From assembly GCA_965198005.1 (NCBI GenBank), contig CBDAOI010000004.1, forward strand, positions 928,001 through 992,000: DNA of 64,000 nt, written 5' to 3'. Every line of letters starts with the position of its first letter. Positions within the stretch are counted from its first letter, which is position 1. The translations under genes were made by a program, and so were the position numbers. The notes beneath the pieces are model-generated. The model searched no databases, had not been told where the DNA came from, and worked only from the letters and a program-made list of their open reading frames with translations. This document shows positions 54,261 through 64,000 of this stretch, one piece after another. This DNA comes from Spirochaetia bacterium. GTDB lineage: Bacteria > Spirochaetota > Spirochaetia > SZUA-6 > Bin103.

Positions 54261-54669
54261 AATGGACATCTGGTCTGATCCGTCGTATTCGCCCCAAGTT
54301 GTTTGATATCGATGTAAAGGAGTTTCCGATCCCGTCATTTGTAGAGAAGAATGAATGGAACCGGATGTTCCCGACGTGGCGCCACCGAAATCCAGAAGTG
54401 CACGTTGAACCGAGTGACCTCATAAGCTTCGGCACGTGACCTTGCAACGTCCAATCGAGGACGGCCACGCGAGACCAACCTGAGATCCAGTTACAGAGAA
54501 GAGCGTTCGACGACGTATCTGAGTATAACGTCTCAATTCCAGGGACCGCGGCGCAACGCCGGCGGCTGCTTTGGCGGGATTTATCCCCCCGCAATCGAAC
54601 GATCTCGGGAACTGGACTGAGGCACGGGTAAACGCGATGAGGAATACTCAGAGATCGAGCCCGCGTCGT

Positions 54670-55037
54670 GACGGTGAGGAACGCGGCCGCCAGGATGTTG
54701 AGCACGAACGACGGCCCCAGGATCCGCTCCGGCTCGGGCACGTCGCCCCGGCCGATGCTCATCGCCGTGAGCACCCCCGAGCGGACGGTGATCCCGATGG
54801 TGAGCCAGATCATCACGAACAGAGTGATCTGCGACACCGTGACCGCCCGGATGGCGGCATCCGAGATCCGGCTCACCCAGAACGCGTCCACCAACTTTCT
54901 GAAGCCGCTCTGCGGGGAAACCACCGCGGGCGACGTCGAGCCTCGGGGGGCGGCGGCTGGCGAGTGCCGCAAGCGCGTTTCGTTCGACCGTGGCGCAGTC
55001 GCTCGCGCGCGTCAGGATGTCGGGCCTATCGAAGCTC
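54670..55037. repeat. Diverged partial duplicate of the MATE 5' region and upstream spacer (47764-47990 and 48136-48249)
   Basis: LVDAFWVSRISDAAI.AVTVSQITLFVMI coding match plus non-coding match gtttcgttcgaccgtggcgcagtcgctcg. Confidence 0.9.
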
Positions 55038-55560
55038 TTTCCTTCCAGCGTCTTGCGGTTGGCTTGCAAGCTGTAGCCCAACTCATGCAAGAGCCGGTTC
55101 ACTGTCCGCTCGCTCACCGCATGACCTTGCGCCTGCCGTGCCGTCGCCAACCGCGCCGCGCTGCTGCAGTTCCACCGCAACGGTCCCACCGGATCCAGCG
55201 CAGGTCACCGGATCCACCAACCGCTGCAGGGCCTTATTGCTCCAAGTCTCGGGTCGTGCGCCGTCAACCGCTTGCGGTCCGCGCCACGCCGCCGCACCCG
55301 CCCGGGGTCGTCCTCCGCGGCTGACGCTTCATGCGCGGTGAGTTCTTGCACACCGGCGCGAGTGGTAGTGCGCGACATCCCGGTGGCGGCCGCCACACGC
55401 GCGATCCCATCCCGCCGTGCCCGATCCCGCGTGCTTCGACTGTCGCCCAGCGGCGGCGTAAGCGTTCGTCGAACAATGGATCAAGGGCTACGAACTTGGC
55501 CTTTACCGCTTCAGTGAGGGCGGCGTCCATTCGGACATCAGTATACCACTCACATCAATC
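55038..55560 (-). mobile_element. ISAzo13-family transposase, N-terminal remnant
   Basis: DERLRRRWA..EA..G.GG, PLRW, LLHELGYSLQANRKTLEG; frameshifted. Confidence 0.85.
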
Positions 55561-55587
55561 TATGACCGTACCATTTTGGCGAGCGAC

Positions 55588-56058
55588 CTAAGCGATTCCC
55601 ATTTGGCGGTAAATATCTCGGACCTCCTGGTCGATCAGGGCAGCTCTGTCGGAGGATGACAGTGAGTTCCATTCCACGTGAGTTACGTTCTCAATCTCGC
55701 TAGCTACGGGAGGATAGACCGACAACCAGGATTTCATATTGCGAGACGAACACGCCGGGCACGTCGGCCACATAACTATATGTAACCTCCTGTCATCACG
55801 CGCACGATCACATGCACAACCGAATACTCCGTGAACGACGTCAGCTGTCTTACGATCATCTGTTGCGGCAAGCAATGGATGATTGTGAACAAGAGTTCTC
55901 ACTTCGTGAAATACATCACTTGTAAGCGCGTCCAAGTACATTTCCACACCCGTCTCGGTTCGCAACACAAACTGACCATAGCTCAGCTCAGGTACACCGG
56001 ATGCGATGAACTTGGCGCAACAATCAGCGCAAGTGAATCTGTACAGAATAGCACTCAT
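55588..56058 (-). CDS. Putative immunity protein D with CxxC pairs
   Basis: ATGA overlap with the restored toxin D stop; CADC and CPAC. Confidence 0.72.
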   Translation of the reverse strand: MSAILYRFTCADCCAKFIASGVPELSYGQFVLRTETGVEMYLDALTSDVFHEVRTLVHNHPLLAATDDRKTADVVHGVFGCACDRARDDRRLHIVMWPTCPACSSRNMKSWLSVYPPVASEIENVTHVEWNSLSSSDRAALIDQEVRDIYRQMGIA

Positions 56059-56970
56059 AGCGTCGGCACAACCATTTGAGGCGTGAGCAGTGCATCGAAG
56101 TTGGAGAGACCGCGTAGTTGGTTCCCGGTCCACGTACCGAAGGATACTTGATAACGTGGCATCCGGCCTCAGCAGCCATGCTACCAATCGCTCGGGTGGC
56201 TGCATCCGCTTCCCCTCCGGCGTAGCCCCATTGCCTGGCAACGGAAGGATCTGTGAGATCAAGGATCCTTGCGTTGGACAAGTCCAAGTCGTAGCGGATG
56301 GTATGAGTTCCCGAGGCACCATGGTGGGAAATTTCTCCGAGTGTCGTACCAGAGTCGTCAGACATGTAGAACGCTTTTCCGAATCGACTCTCCCTGGAAA
56401 AGAAATCCGGATCGATTCCTCCAAGCACCCCCTGTGCGTTTTCAGGACTCGTGACAGTGTGAAACGTTGAGGCGACGTTGTCAAGGCCCTTCTTGCGCAG
56501 GACCTTGGTGATTTCTTATACGATCTTCTTGGCGAGGACACTGCCGGGGATGACGTTGCCGGCCGTCAGTTCCAAACTGATGGAGATCGCAAGATCGGTG
56601 GCCAGCTCCGTAGCAAGCTCCTGGTCGCCGCTCATGGTGGCTTCGGCCAGCCGGCCACGATCCCGGACTGGTTGGCGAACAGGGCGCCGGCGATGACGCC
56701 GGAGTTGATCACGTGGGCGGCGTTGATGATGGTAGTGCTACCAGTGAATGCGGGCGCTGCCGAGGTCGCTGTCAAGGGTGGGGGACGCCAGGTAGCGGCG
56801 CGGCACCAGCACCTCCTGGCCGCCGACGGTGTGGCGCTCCAGCCAGATGATGTCGCCGGACAGGGTGGCGATCTGGCTGGGGCTCAGGGCCACGCCGATC
56901 GTGAGGGACAGGCTGCGGTAGGCCCGACGGCGTTGTCGTAGAGTGCCTGCATCAGACTGCGGTGGTCTTA
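56055..56970 (-). pseudogene. Module D: collapsed CdiA-like fragment with a RES-like toxin domain
   Basis: Scaffold piece, then the linker shared with module A (TAA at 56516), then SRFGKAFY, ILDLTDP, YPSVRG.G.NYA; frameshift near 56108. Confidence 0.75.
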
Positions 56971-57124
56971 CGCGCCGCCGACGTAGGAGTCGCCCAGGCG
57001 GTTGAGAATGTGGTCCGTGTGCAGCAGCCCGACCCTGAATCACCAAGTAGTCAAGGTTGGAGCGGGAGGATCTTCCCGGCTATGGTCAGAGGATCGTGCT
57101 GTCCAGATTACTTCAGAGATCCGT

Positions 57125-57475
57125 CTACTTGAGGAGAATGTGAGGCTTTGCGATACCCTCATCAACGTCGATCTCATACTCAATGCCATTGAAGTTATAC
57201 GCGTATACTCTACTTTCACGACAGTACAAGTTAGTGAACGTTGAGTTTGGAGATGGACTATATCGGATCTGCCACACTACACGTCGATCCCGACTCAATC
57301 TGTACAGATTCCGCACTATGCACTCCTCCGGATATCCATATGGATCGTCCAAATAATGTAGAATGACTAATCTTCCGCCATCATCGAGACGGATTTCGTA
57401 AGATATCTTCGAATCGTTAAAACACATTTTATGCTCCAAGGGGGGGATTGATGGCTTTCTCTTAGAAGTAAACAC
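57125..57475 (-). CDS. Putative immunity protein C (its toxin is largely lost)
   Basis: AT-rich intact 116-aa ORF within the array (NLYRL...VWQI...YEIDV). Confidence 0.65.
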   Translation of the reverse strand: MFTSKRKPSIPPLEHKMCFNDSKISYEIRLDDGGRLVILHYLDDPYGYPEECIVRNLYRLSRDRRVVWQIRYSPSPNSTFTNLYCRESRVYAYNFNGIEYEIDVDEGIAKPHILLK

Positions 57476-57719
57476 GACGTATGATATTCTATGAGTCGAC
57501 AGTTGACAAGTTGACGGACGTAACCGACATAATCACTACAACATTCGCGTAGTGTGGTCAAACCAGTCTGACGCGACTCTATGGCGATTGGGCTAACACG
57601 CTTGTAAACATCCGGTTCACGGGTATCTTTGGGGGCAGTTGTTGAGTAACCGCCCTGAACGGTAACCACTGTCACTCAAGTTTCGACTGGACGCACCTGA
57701 GGGAACTGCGGCTCGGCCA

Positions 57720-58000
57720 GTCGGCACAGTGACGGGGATCGGGCGGGGAACGCTGTGGGACGGTCCTGCGGGGCTCAACAGTCTGCGCAAGCATTGGTCA
57801 GGGCTGACCCGGTTCGTCGCCCAGCAGGACCACCCGATGGACAACAATCAGGCTGAACGCGCGTTGCGTGGGCCGGTGGCGGGGCGCAAGAACTACTACG
57901 GCTCGGGGGCAACCTGGAGCGGTGATTTCAGCAGCGCCACGCTGTTCAGCCTGCTCCACACGCTCGACCTGTGGGAGCTTACGCGCGCACTTGCCTGACC
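57720..58000 (+). mobile_element. IS66-family transposase C-terminal remnant
   Basis: HWSGLTRF, MDNNQAERALRGPVAGRKN. Confidence 0.85.
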
Positions 58001-58149
58001 GAGTAGCTCACCGTATGCGCTCGCCGCTGGCGGTCGGGTGCCGAAGGACTTTGAGCGCTTCCTGCCTGTCCTCAAACCACCCCGCGCCGCAAGCAACGCG
58101 CGCCCCGCCACCGGATGCTTGAGCTTAAGCGGCGCGCTCCCTGACGGTG

Positions 58150-58450
58150 GTGCGCTACTGCGGACGCACCTTCAGCCTGCAGGAGTTGGAGCTGATCCGC
58201 AGCCTCGTCCGGTAGCGGCGCCAATAGGCCAGCCGTGTTCGCCAAGCCGCTGAGCGATCCACGGCCGAGGATCCGGGCCGCCATCGGCTGGCCCTGTCGC
58301 GGCTGGTCTGCGAACACCTCGACTGGCGGCGCCCGAACGGGGAGTTGAAGGATATGAGTTGCCGGGTCGCCATGCCGCGCATGCACCCGCGACGGCCTGA
58401 TCCAACTACCCCCACGGCAGCAGGCCTGCTACAACGGCCGCCTGCGGGTG
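58150..58450 (+). mobile_element. DUF4338-like IS-associated ORF remnant
   Basis: RYCGRTFS.QELELIR and LVCEHLDWRRPNGELKDMSCRVAM across frames. Confidence 0.65.
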
Positions 58451-58712
58451 CGCCGCACGCCGCAGGCAGAACCACAGTTGCCGATCGTCGGAAGCGTCCA
58501 AGGGCTGTCCGAACTGCACCCGCGCTCAGTCGGCTACGCTATACCGCGTGGGATTGGTTACCTACAGGGTGGCTACGTGAGGTTTTCTGATGCCTGTTTC
58601 ATATCTTCCCCCTGCGCCAAGCTCGGCCTGGCGCGACGAATATTTGACTTGGGGATAGGTTCTTCTGACGACTATAATCAATTCGCCGGTGGAGTCGCTA
58701 CGTGGATAATCA

Positions 58713-61463
58713 CTACAACGGACTCGAAGGACCAAAGGCGGAGTCTGGAAGCCGTCCCACAGCGTAATACTGGATGCCCCCGCTGTTAGAGACGCCCCAC
58801 TGCGGCTGAGCACCTACCCGACCCATCTGAAGCGTAGTGCCCGGTGGAACAGTTACGGATTGGATTTGGGTCGGAACTTGCGGTAGCGCGAGACGCTGCT
58901 GAATTTGTGCGGGCGTCATTCCGACTACTTCATCCCGTCTAACAAGCCAGCCACCGCGAGGATTACTGTCTATGTGTACGCGAACGAAATCTAAGTCTGA
59001 GGCGGCTTCGAACTGTGTAACAACGGTCCCATGTGCAAACGGTGGTGACTGTCCTTGGGATACGAAGAAAGCGTTTGCGTCTGCTGCACTTATGTTTCTG
59101 ATGTCACGTATTTGGTTAGTCGGAATAGGGTTCGTGTGGAAGGACGTGGCAACTTCGGTGAGGCTATTCGAAGTCGTCGGTGTGTCTCCGACATCGGGGA
59201 GCTTGGCCGTGGGCTTGAGCGCTCTCAGGGTCTTAACGGATGCTCCAGGAATGAATAGGGATACGATTTGACTGCCGCCCTTCAGCCGGTCCTGGGTCTC
59301 AGGGTCAAGCTCGTTCCAGAGGCGCGATACGGTGCTCCCAGTGACTTCATCCAGAAATGTCACCGTGACGTCGATGGCAGCGCTGATCTCCTCCAAGTCG
59401 TCTAGGAGATCCGCGGTCGCCTGCGGGAACAGTGCGTAAGACAGGGTGACGGCTCCCTCGATTCCTGCCGATAGCGCTTTGCTCAAGGGATCTTCGCCGC
59501 GCCCGATCACACCTAGCGAGGCGCCGACGTTCTCGAGTACCACCTGCGCGAAGAACGCGGGGGCAATCACGGCGGTCGCCTGCATGCAGGCCAGGGTGCA
59601 GGCCTCGCCCGCGGCGATCAGCGCTGTGACGTGCTCGACTAATCTCTCCCGGAACTGGGCAACAACAGAGGAGAGCTCGTTGTATTGCGCAGCGTTCGCG
59701 CCTGCTTGCGCAGCCGCGTTCACGTCAAGCCCGGCCAACGCCGCGGTGAATCCGCTGGTCAGGCGCGCGATGTCCACGCCGGCAGCGAGCATTTGGTCGA
59801 GGTCCTGCAGGAATTCCTCCGGATCAACCTCTCCCGCAAGGACATCCTCCAACCGCTCGGTGGACCACTGCTCGATGTGCTCGGTGTAGATCATCGCGGT
59901 GGCTTCGCCGATGACGGCGCCGGCGGCGGCGGAGGGGCAGTCGTCGGCGGCGAGCAGGCCGGTGGCGCAGCCGAGGGCGGCGTGGGCGATCAACTGGCCG
60001 GCGGTGTCGAGGTCGCCGTTGTCGACTGCGGCGCCGATCTCCTGGGCGAGGTTCTCGCCGAGCACGCCGGCGGCCTCGGCGCGTAGCGAGGACAGCAGCG
60101 CGTCGCCCAGCTCTTCGCCTTCGATCAGGGTCGACACGCCGGTGTCCACCGCGGTGCTGATCAGACTCTGCTGCAGGTCCTCCGCCACCCGCTCCGCCAG
60201 CGGCGCGGTGCTCACCAGCTCGCCGCCCAGCCCTGCCGCCGCCGTCAGCCCGGTGGTCAGCCCCGCGGTCAGCATCGCCGTACCCAACGTGGTCAGGGTC
60301 TCCAGCGCGGCAAGCTGCTGCAGCGTCGCGCCGATGTCCCCCAGGTTGTTCACCAGCAGCACCGCGGCTCGGTTTACCAGCGAGGTAAGCCCCGCCTGGA
60401 TCGCACCCTGGACCCCCGCCTGTAGCGCAACGTTGGCCCCCAGCGACAGCGCGTTGGTGATGCTCGCGGCCGCCCCCGAGAGCGTGCCGCCGGTGGCCAC
60501 CCCCACGATCAGGCTCACCAGCGCCGCGCCGGTTGCCGTCAGCCCTTGCGACTCGTAGTCCCACTCCTCGAAGGCGGCATCGAGGCCGTTCCAGTCGACG
60601 CTCGGGTCGTCGCGCAGTTGCTGCATCCAGGCCAGCTCCGGGGACTGCACCAACCGGTCCAGCGACTCCTGCTGACTGCCGACGCGTTCGTACTCCACCA
60701 CCACGCCGTCGCCGGCGACGATGGTCAGTTCGCCCTCCTGCTCGATGGTTACGTGCTCGATGCTCTCTTCGTTGTGCCCCTGGTCCTCCTCGGTGAACCA
60801 CAGCAGCCCCTCGTCGCGCTCGAAGTCCCGCTCGACGGACTGGTCGGTGTTGCTGAGCAACGCCACCGTGCCCTGCTCGGCCGACAGCAGGATGTCGCCG
60901 GCGCTGTCCAGGCTTACCGTGTCGAGCGTGAGGTCGCCGCTGCCCGAGACGATGGTGAGGTCGCCGCCGGCGTCGATGGTGGTGCGTTGGGTGTCGAGTT
61001 CGAAGTCCAGTTCATGGGTGTTGGTGCCGGTGCGGAACATGCCCAGGAACCCGCCGCTCTCGGTCTGCATCTGGTATTCGTCGTGCTGGAAGTCCTGGAC
61101 CGACTCGATGGTGGTATCGCCCAACGCGAACAGGGTGGCGTCGGCGCCGGCGGTGAGCTCGGCCCCTTGCAGGGTGAGGTCGCCGCCGGCGAGCATGGTC
61201 AGATCGCCGCCGGCGTCGAGGGTCGCCAGTTGGTTGATCAGGGCGCTGCTGTGCTCGAACCCGCCGTCGAACTCGAAGTCGTGCTCGCTGGCAAGCTGCA
61301 GTGCCAGGATGGAGATGTCGCCGCCGGCCAGCAGCGTCATCTCGTCACCCGCACCGAACAAGCCGCCGATCGACTGAATGAAGCTGTCTGCGTCCAGGTG
61401 CAGGCTGCCGCCGGCGGTGATCTGGGCCACCTGCAGCATCTGGTCGGCGAACCCGCCGTCGAA
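58713..61463 (-). CDS. Module B: orphan CdiA-like fragment (AAQYN variant) with an intact C-terminal toxin-like domain
   Basis: Scaffold near-identical to F; tail GGWL...MTPAQIQQRLALP..P..V.VPPGT...G..GAQP...GGIQY. Confidence 0.85.
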   Translation of the reverse strand, partial: FDGGFADQMLQVAQITAGGSLHLDADSFIQSIGGLFGAGDEMTLLAGGDISILALQLASEHDFEFDGGFEHSSALINQLATLDAGGDLTMLAGGDLTLQGAELTAGADATLFALGDTTIESVQDFQHDEYQMQTESGGFLGMFRTGTNTHELDFELDTQRTTIDAGGDLTIVSGSGDLTLDTVSLDSAGDILLSAEQGTVALLSNTDQSVERDFERDEGLLWFTEEDQGHNEESIEHVTIEQEGELTIVAGDGVVVEYERVGSQQESLDRLVQSPELAWMQQLRDDPSVDWNGLDAAFEEWDYESQGLTATGAALVSLIVGVATGGTLSGAAASITNALSLGANVALQAGVQGAIQAGLTSLVNRAAVLLVNNLGDIGATLQQLAALETLTTLGTAMLTAGLTTGLTAAAGLGGELVSTAPLAERVAEDLQQSLISTAVDTGVSTLIEGEELGDALLSSLRAEAAGVLGENLAQEIGAAVDNGDLDTAGQLIAHAALGCATGLLAADDCPSAAAGAVIGEATAMIYTEHIEQWSTERLEDVLAGEVDPEEFLQDLDQMLAAGVDIARLTSGFTAALAGLDVNAAAQAGANAAQYNELSSVVAQFRERLVEHVTALIAAGEACTLACMQATAVIAPAFFAQVVLENVGASLGVIGRGEDPLSKALSAGIEGAVTLSYALFPQATADLLDDLEEISAAIDVTVTFLDEVTGSTVSRLWNELDPETQDRLKGGSQIVSLFIPGASVKTLRALKPTAKLPDVGDTPTTSNSLTEVATSFHTNPIPTNQIRDIRNISAADANAFFVSQGQSPPFAHGTVVTQFEAASDLDFVRVHIDSNPRGGWLVRRDEVVGMTPAQIQQRLALPQVPTQIQSVTVPPGTTLQMGRVGAQPQWGVSNSGGIQYYAVGRLPDSAFGPSSPL

Positions 61464-61718
61464 CGCTTCAGAATGACCGGTAGATCCATAATGATTCGAT
61501 GCTCTAATCTAAAGACTCTTGAGATCGCGCGAGGTTGTGTAGATCATCAGGACTTTAGAACTGCCTATTCTTTGTTCGTCGCTCGGGCAGGGGGCGATCT
61601 CGAAGGCGTGGGTAGTCGTACGGGTACGTGAGTTAGTTAGAGTTAGGTGCCGGAACTACTAGTAGTGGAGCTATGAATGCAGATCATCTATGAATATAGA
61701 ATCACGAGCCGAGAACCC

Positions 61719-62060
61719 CTAGGTTCCTCTGGAACTGCGGTTTAGCTTATCTATCACGCGGAGAAGCTTCTTGACTTGGTACTTTGCCTCATGATCAGTC
61801 CTGTTCTTCGCTGCTTCGAGCGCTCGCTCGACCGGTGCTCGCAAGGAGACAATGTGTCTTTCCCTAATCAGGAAAGTGGCAAGAAATCTCAGGTCTTCGT
61901 CATCAGAGGTCATCCACTCTCCGAGTATCTCGTGTACATCGGACCGATCTTCATCAGCGAGGCGGTCGTACACGTCCACGATCTCAAACGGTATTGCTCT
62001 CGGTCCCCAAGTGACACGTTTCGTTTCACTTAACCAATAAGCTCGAATGTCATCTTTCAT
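61719..62060 (-). CDS. Putative immunity protein A
   Basis: AT-rich 113-aa helical ORF, ATGA overlap with the toxin A stop. Confidence 0.75.
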   Translation of the reverse strand: MKDDIRAYWLSETKRVTWGPRAIPFEIVDVYDRLADEDRSDVHEILGEWMTSDDEDLRFLATFLIRERHIVSLRAPVERALEAAKNRTDHEAKYQVKKLLRVIDKLNRSSRGT

Positions 62061-64000
62061 GGTATGGGAATTATCTCCAGATATTCTGGCGGGATTTCGT
62101 ACGGGAACTGGATCTCATAGCCGCCACCAGGCATCTGATAAACTCTCCCATCCCCGGTCGGTACAGTGCCCGAGACGCGCTTCGGAGCGGGAATCTCGTA
62201 GCCGGCTTGGCGTAAGCCATCAAGATCGATTCGTATCTTCATATTGGGCGCATCCCTGGTCGGCGGCAGAGCGAGCTCTAGTTGAGCCTGTAGCGGACTG
62301 AGATCACCTATAGGCGTGGCATACGTACCTCTGCGTAGTCCATCTTCCATTATACTATCACGCCATTTCGAAGACGTGTAGTGATACGCCGAGCTTGGGT
62401 CGGAGTGGGTTGCCACGTTTGTGAAGACGTCCGAAACGTCGTCAAGGCCCTTCTTCCGCAGGACCTTGGTGATCTTCTGAACGATCTTCTTGGCGAGGAC
62501 ACTGCCGGGGATGATGTTGCCGGCGGTCAGCTCCAGGCTGACCGAGATCGCAAGATCGGTGGCCAGCTCGGTAGCGAGCTCCTGGTCGCCACTCATTGTG
62601 GCTTCGGCCAGCTTGGCTGCGTCGTGTGCCAGCAGGGCCTTGTCGATTGCCTCCAGGGTTCCGATGAGGATCGGAATGAGGATGAAGACGTTGTTCTCGG
62701 CGGCGTTGGCGCCTGCCTGGGCAGCGACTTCGGCGTCGCCGCCGGCCAAGCCCACCGCAAAGCCGCTGGCCAGCCGCGCCAGATCGACACCAGCGTCCCT
62801 CATGTCCGCCAACTGGTCGGTGATCTCGTCTATCGAGAGGGTGCCCGTTTGGCCGTCGTCCAGCCAGCCGTCGATCTGCTGCTCGTAGAGGAGTGCGGTG
62901 GCTTCGCCGATGACGGCGCCGGCGGCGGCGGAGGGGCAGTCGTCGGCGGCGAGCAGGCCGGTGGCGCAGCCGAGGGCGGCGTGGGCGATCAACTGGCCGG
63001 CGGTGTCGAGGTCGCCGTTGTCGACTGCGGCGCCGATCTCCTGGGCGAGGTTCTCGCCGAGTACGCCGGCGGCCTCGGCGCGCAGCGAGGACAGCAGCGC
63101 GTCGCCCAGCTCTTCGCCTTCGATGAGGGTCGACACGCCGGTGTCGACGGCGGTGCCGATCAACCCCTGCTGCAGGTCCTCCGCCACCCGGTCCGCCAGC
63201 GGCGCCGTGCTCACCAGCTCGCCGCCCAGCCCCGCCGCCTCGGTCAGCCCGGTGGTCAGCCCTGCGGTCAGCATCGCCGTACCCAACGTGGTCAGGGTCT
63301 CCAGCGAGGCAAGCTGCTGCAGCGTCGCGCCGATGTCCCCCAGGTTGTTCACCAGCAGTACGGCAGCTCGGTTTACCAGCGAGGTAAGCCCTGCCTGGAT
63401 CGCACTCTGCACCCCCGCCTGTAGCGCAACGTTGGCCCCCAGCGACAGCGCGTTGGTGATGCTTGCCGCCGCCCCCGAGAGCGTGCCGCCGGTGGCCACC
63501 CCCACGATCAGGCTGACCAGCGCCGCGCCGGTCGGGGTGAGCCCCTGGGTCTGGTAGTCCCACTCTTCGAAGGCGGCATCAAGGCCGTTCCAGTCGACGT
63601 TCGGGTCGTCCCGCAGTTGCTGCATCCACGCCAGCTCGGGGGTCTGCACCAACTGGTCCAGCGACTCCTGCTGACTGCCGACGCGTTCGTACTCCACCAC
63701 CACGCCGTCGCCGGCGACGATGGTCAGCTCGCCGCCCTGCTCGATGGTTACGTGCTCGATGCTCTCTTCGTTGTGCCCCTGGTCCTCCTCGGTGAACCAC
63801 AGCACACCCTGGTCGTGTTCGTACTCCTGCTCGCTGGACTGGTCGGTGTTGCTCAGCAGCGCCACCGTGCCCTGCTCGGCGGACAGGAGGATGTCGCCGC
63901 CGCTGCCCAGATCCACCGCGTCAAGGGTGAGGTCGCCGGTGCCTGAGGCGATGGTGAGGTCGCCGCCGGCGCTGATGGTGGTGGCAAGGGTATCGAGCTC
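62057..64000 (-). CDS. Module A: CdiA-like protein (runs off the window) with a HYD1-like ADP-ribosyltransferase tail
   Basis: Scaffold plus AAENN; tail YHYT...YAT...LALP...GGGYE. Confidence 0.85.
   Translation of the reverse strand, partial: ELDTLATTISAGGDLTIASGTGDLTLDAVDLGSGGDILLSAEQGTVALLSNTDQSSEQEYEHDQGVLWFTEEDQGHNEESIEHVTIEQGGELTIVAGDGVVVEYERVGSQQESLDQLVQTPELAWMQQLRDDPNVDWNGLDAAFEEWDYQTQGLTPTGAALVSLIVGVATGGTLSGAAASITNALSLGANVALQAGVQSAIQAGLTSLVNRAAVLLVNNLGDIGATLQQLASLETLTTLGTAMLTAGLTTGLTEAAGLGGELVSTAPLADRVAEDLQQGLIGTAVDTGVSTLIEGEELGDALLSSLRAEAAGVLGENLAQEIGAAVDNGDLDTAGQLIAHAALGCATGLLAADDCPSAAAGAVIGEATALLYEQQIDGWLDDGQTGTLSIDEITDQLADMRDAGVDLARLASGFAVGLAGGDAEVAAQAGANAAENNVFILIPILIGTLEAIDKALLAHDAAKLAEATMSGDQELATELATDLAISVSLELTAGNIIPGSVLAKKIVQKITKVLRKKGLDDVSDVFTNVATHSDPSSAYHYTSSKWRDSIMEDGLRRGTYATPIGDLSPLQAQLELALPPTRDAPNMKIRIDLDGLRQAGYEIPAPKRVSGTVPTGDGRVYQMPGGGYEIQFPYEIPPEYLEIIPIP

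Noticed and set aside
57480-57700. Papain-like toxin remnant for module C
   Set aside because: Only a weak NNC and IAIE.R resemblance across broken frames
49860-64000. Diversity-generating retroelement explanation for the repeats
   Set aside because: No reverse transcriptase seen; variation is whole-domain replacement, not adenine-specific substitution

Overview
GC-rich bacterial chromosomal window with three kinds of content. (1) 1-48 kb is mostly transport, redox and regulatory genes: three ABC systems, an NtrC-type two-component system with a sigma54-promoter target, fabF, DsbA/CcdA/TlpA, an ECF sigma/anti-sigma pair, MoxR/VWA, an M32 peptidase, and MATE/Gfo/Eis. These are interleaved with many eroded genes carrying frameshifts and internal deletions. 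(2) Small accessory items include an OsmC-like gene with an in-frame TGA followed by a SECIS-like hairpin (likely selenoprotein), a low-GC DUF262 + HEPN two-gene island, toxin-antitoxin remnants, two tandem-repeat coiled-coil ORFs and an orphan 3-repeat CRISPR array. (3) 49.8-64 kb on the minus strand is the tail of a CdiA/filamentous-haemagglutinin-like polymorphic toxin locus with at least six toxin/immunity modules. Several warheads look like NAD+-using ART-fold domains (HYD1-like, RES-like, TNT-like). Two alternative linker ('entry') domains are shuffled between warheads, the orphan toxins are decaying while most immunity genes stay intact, and IS remnants plus a copy of the MATE flank sit inside the array. 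All family names come from motif recognition by eye; no database searches were run.
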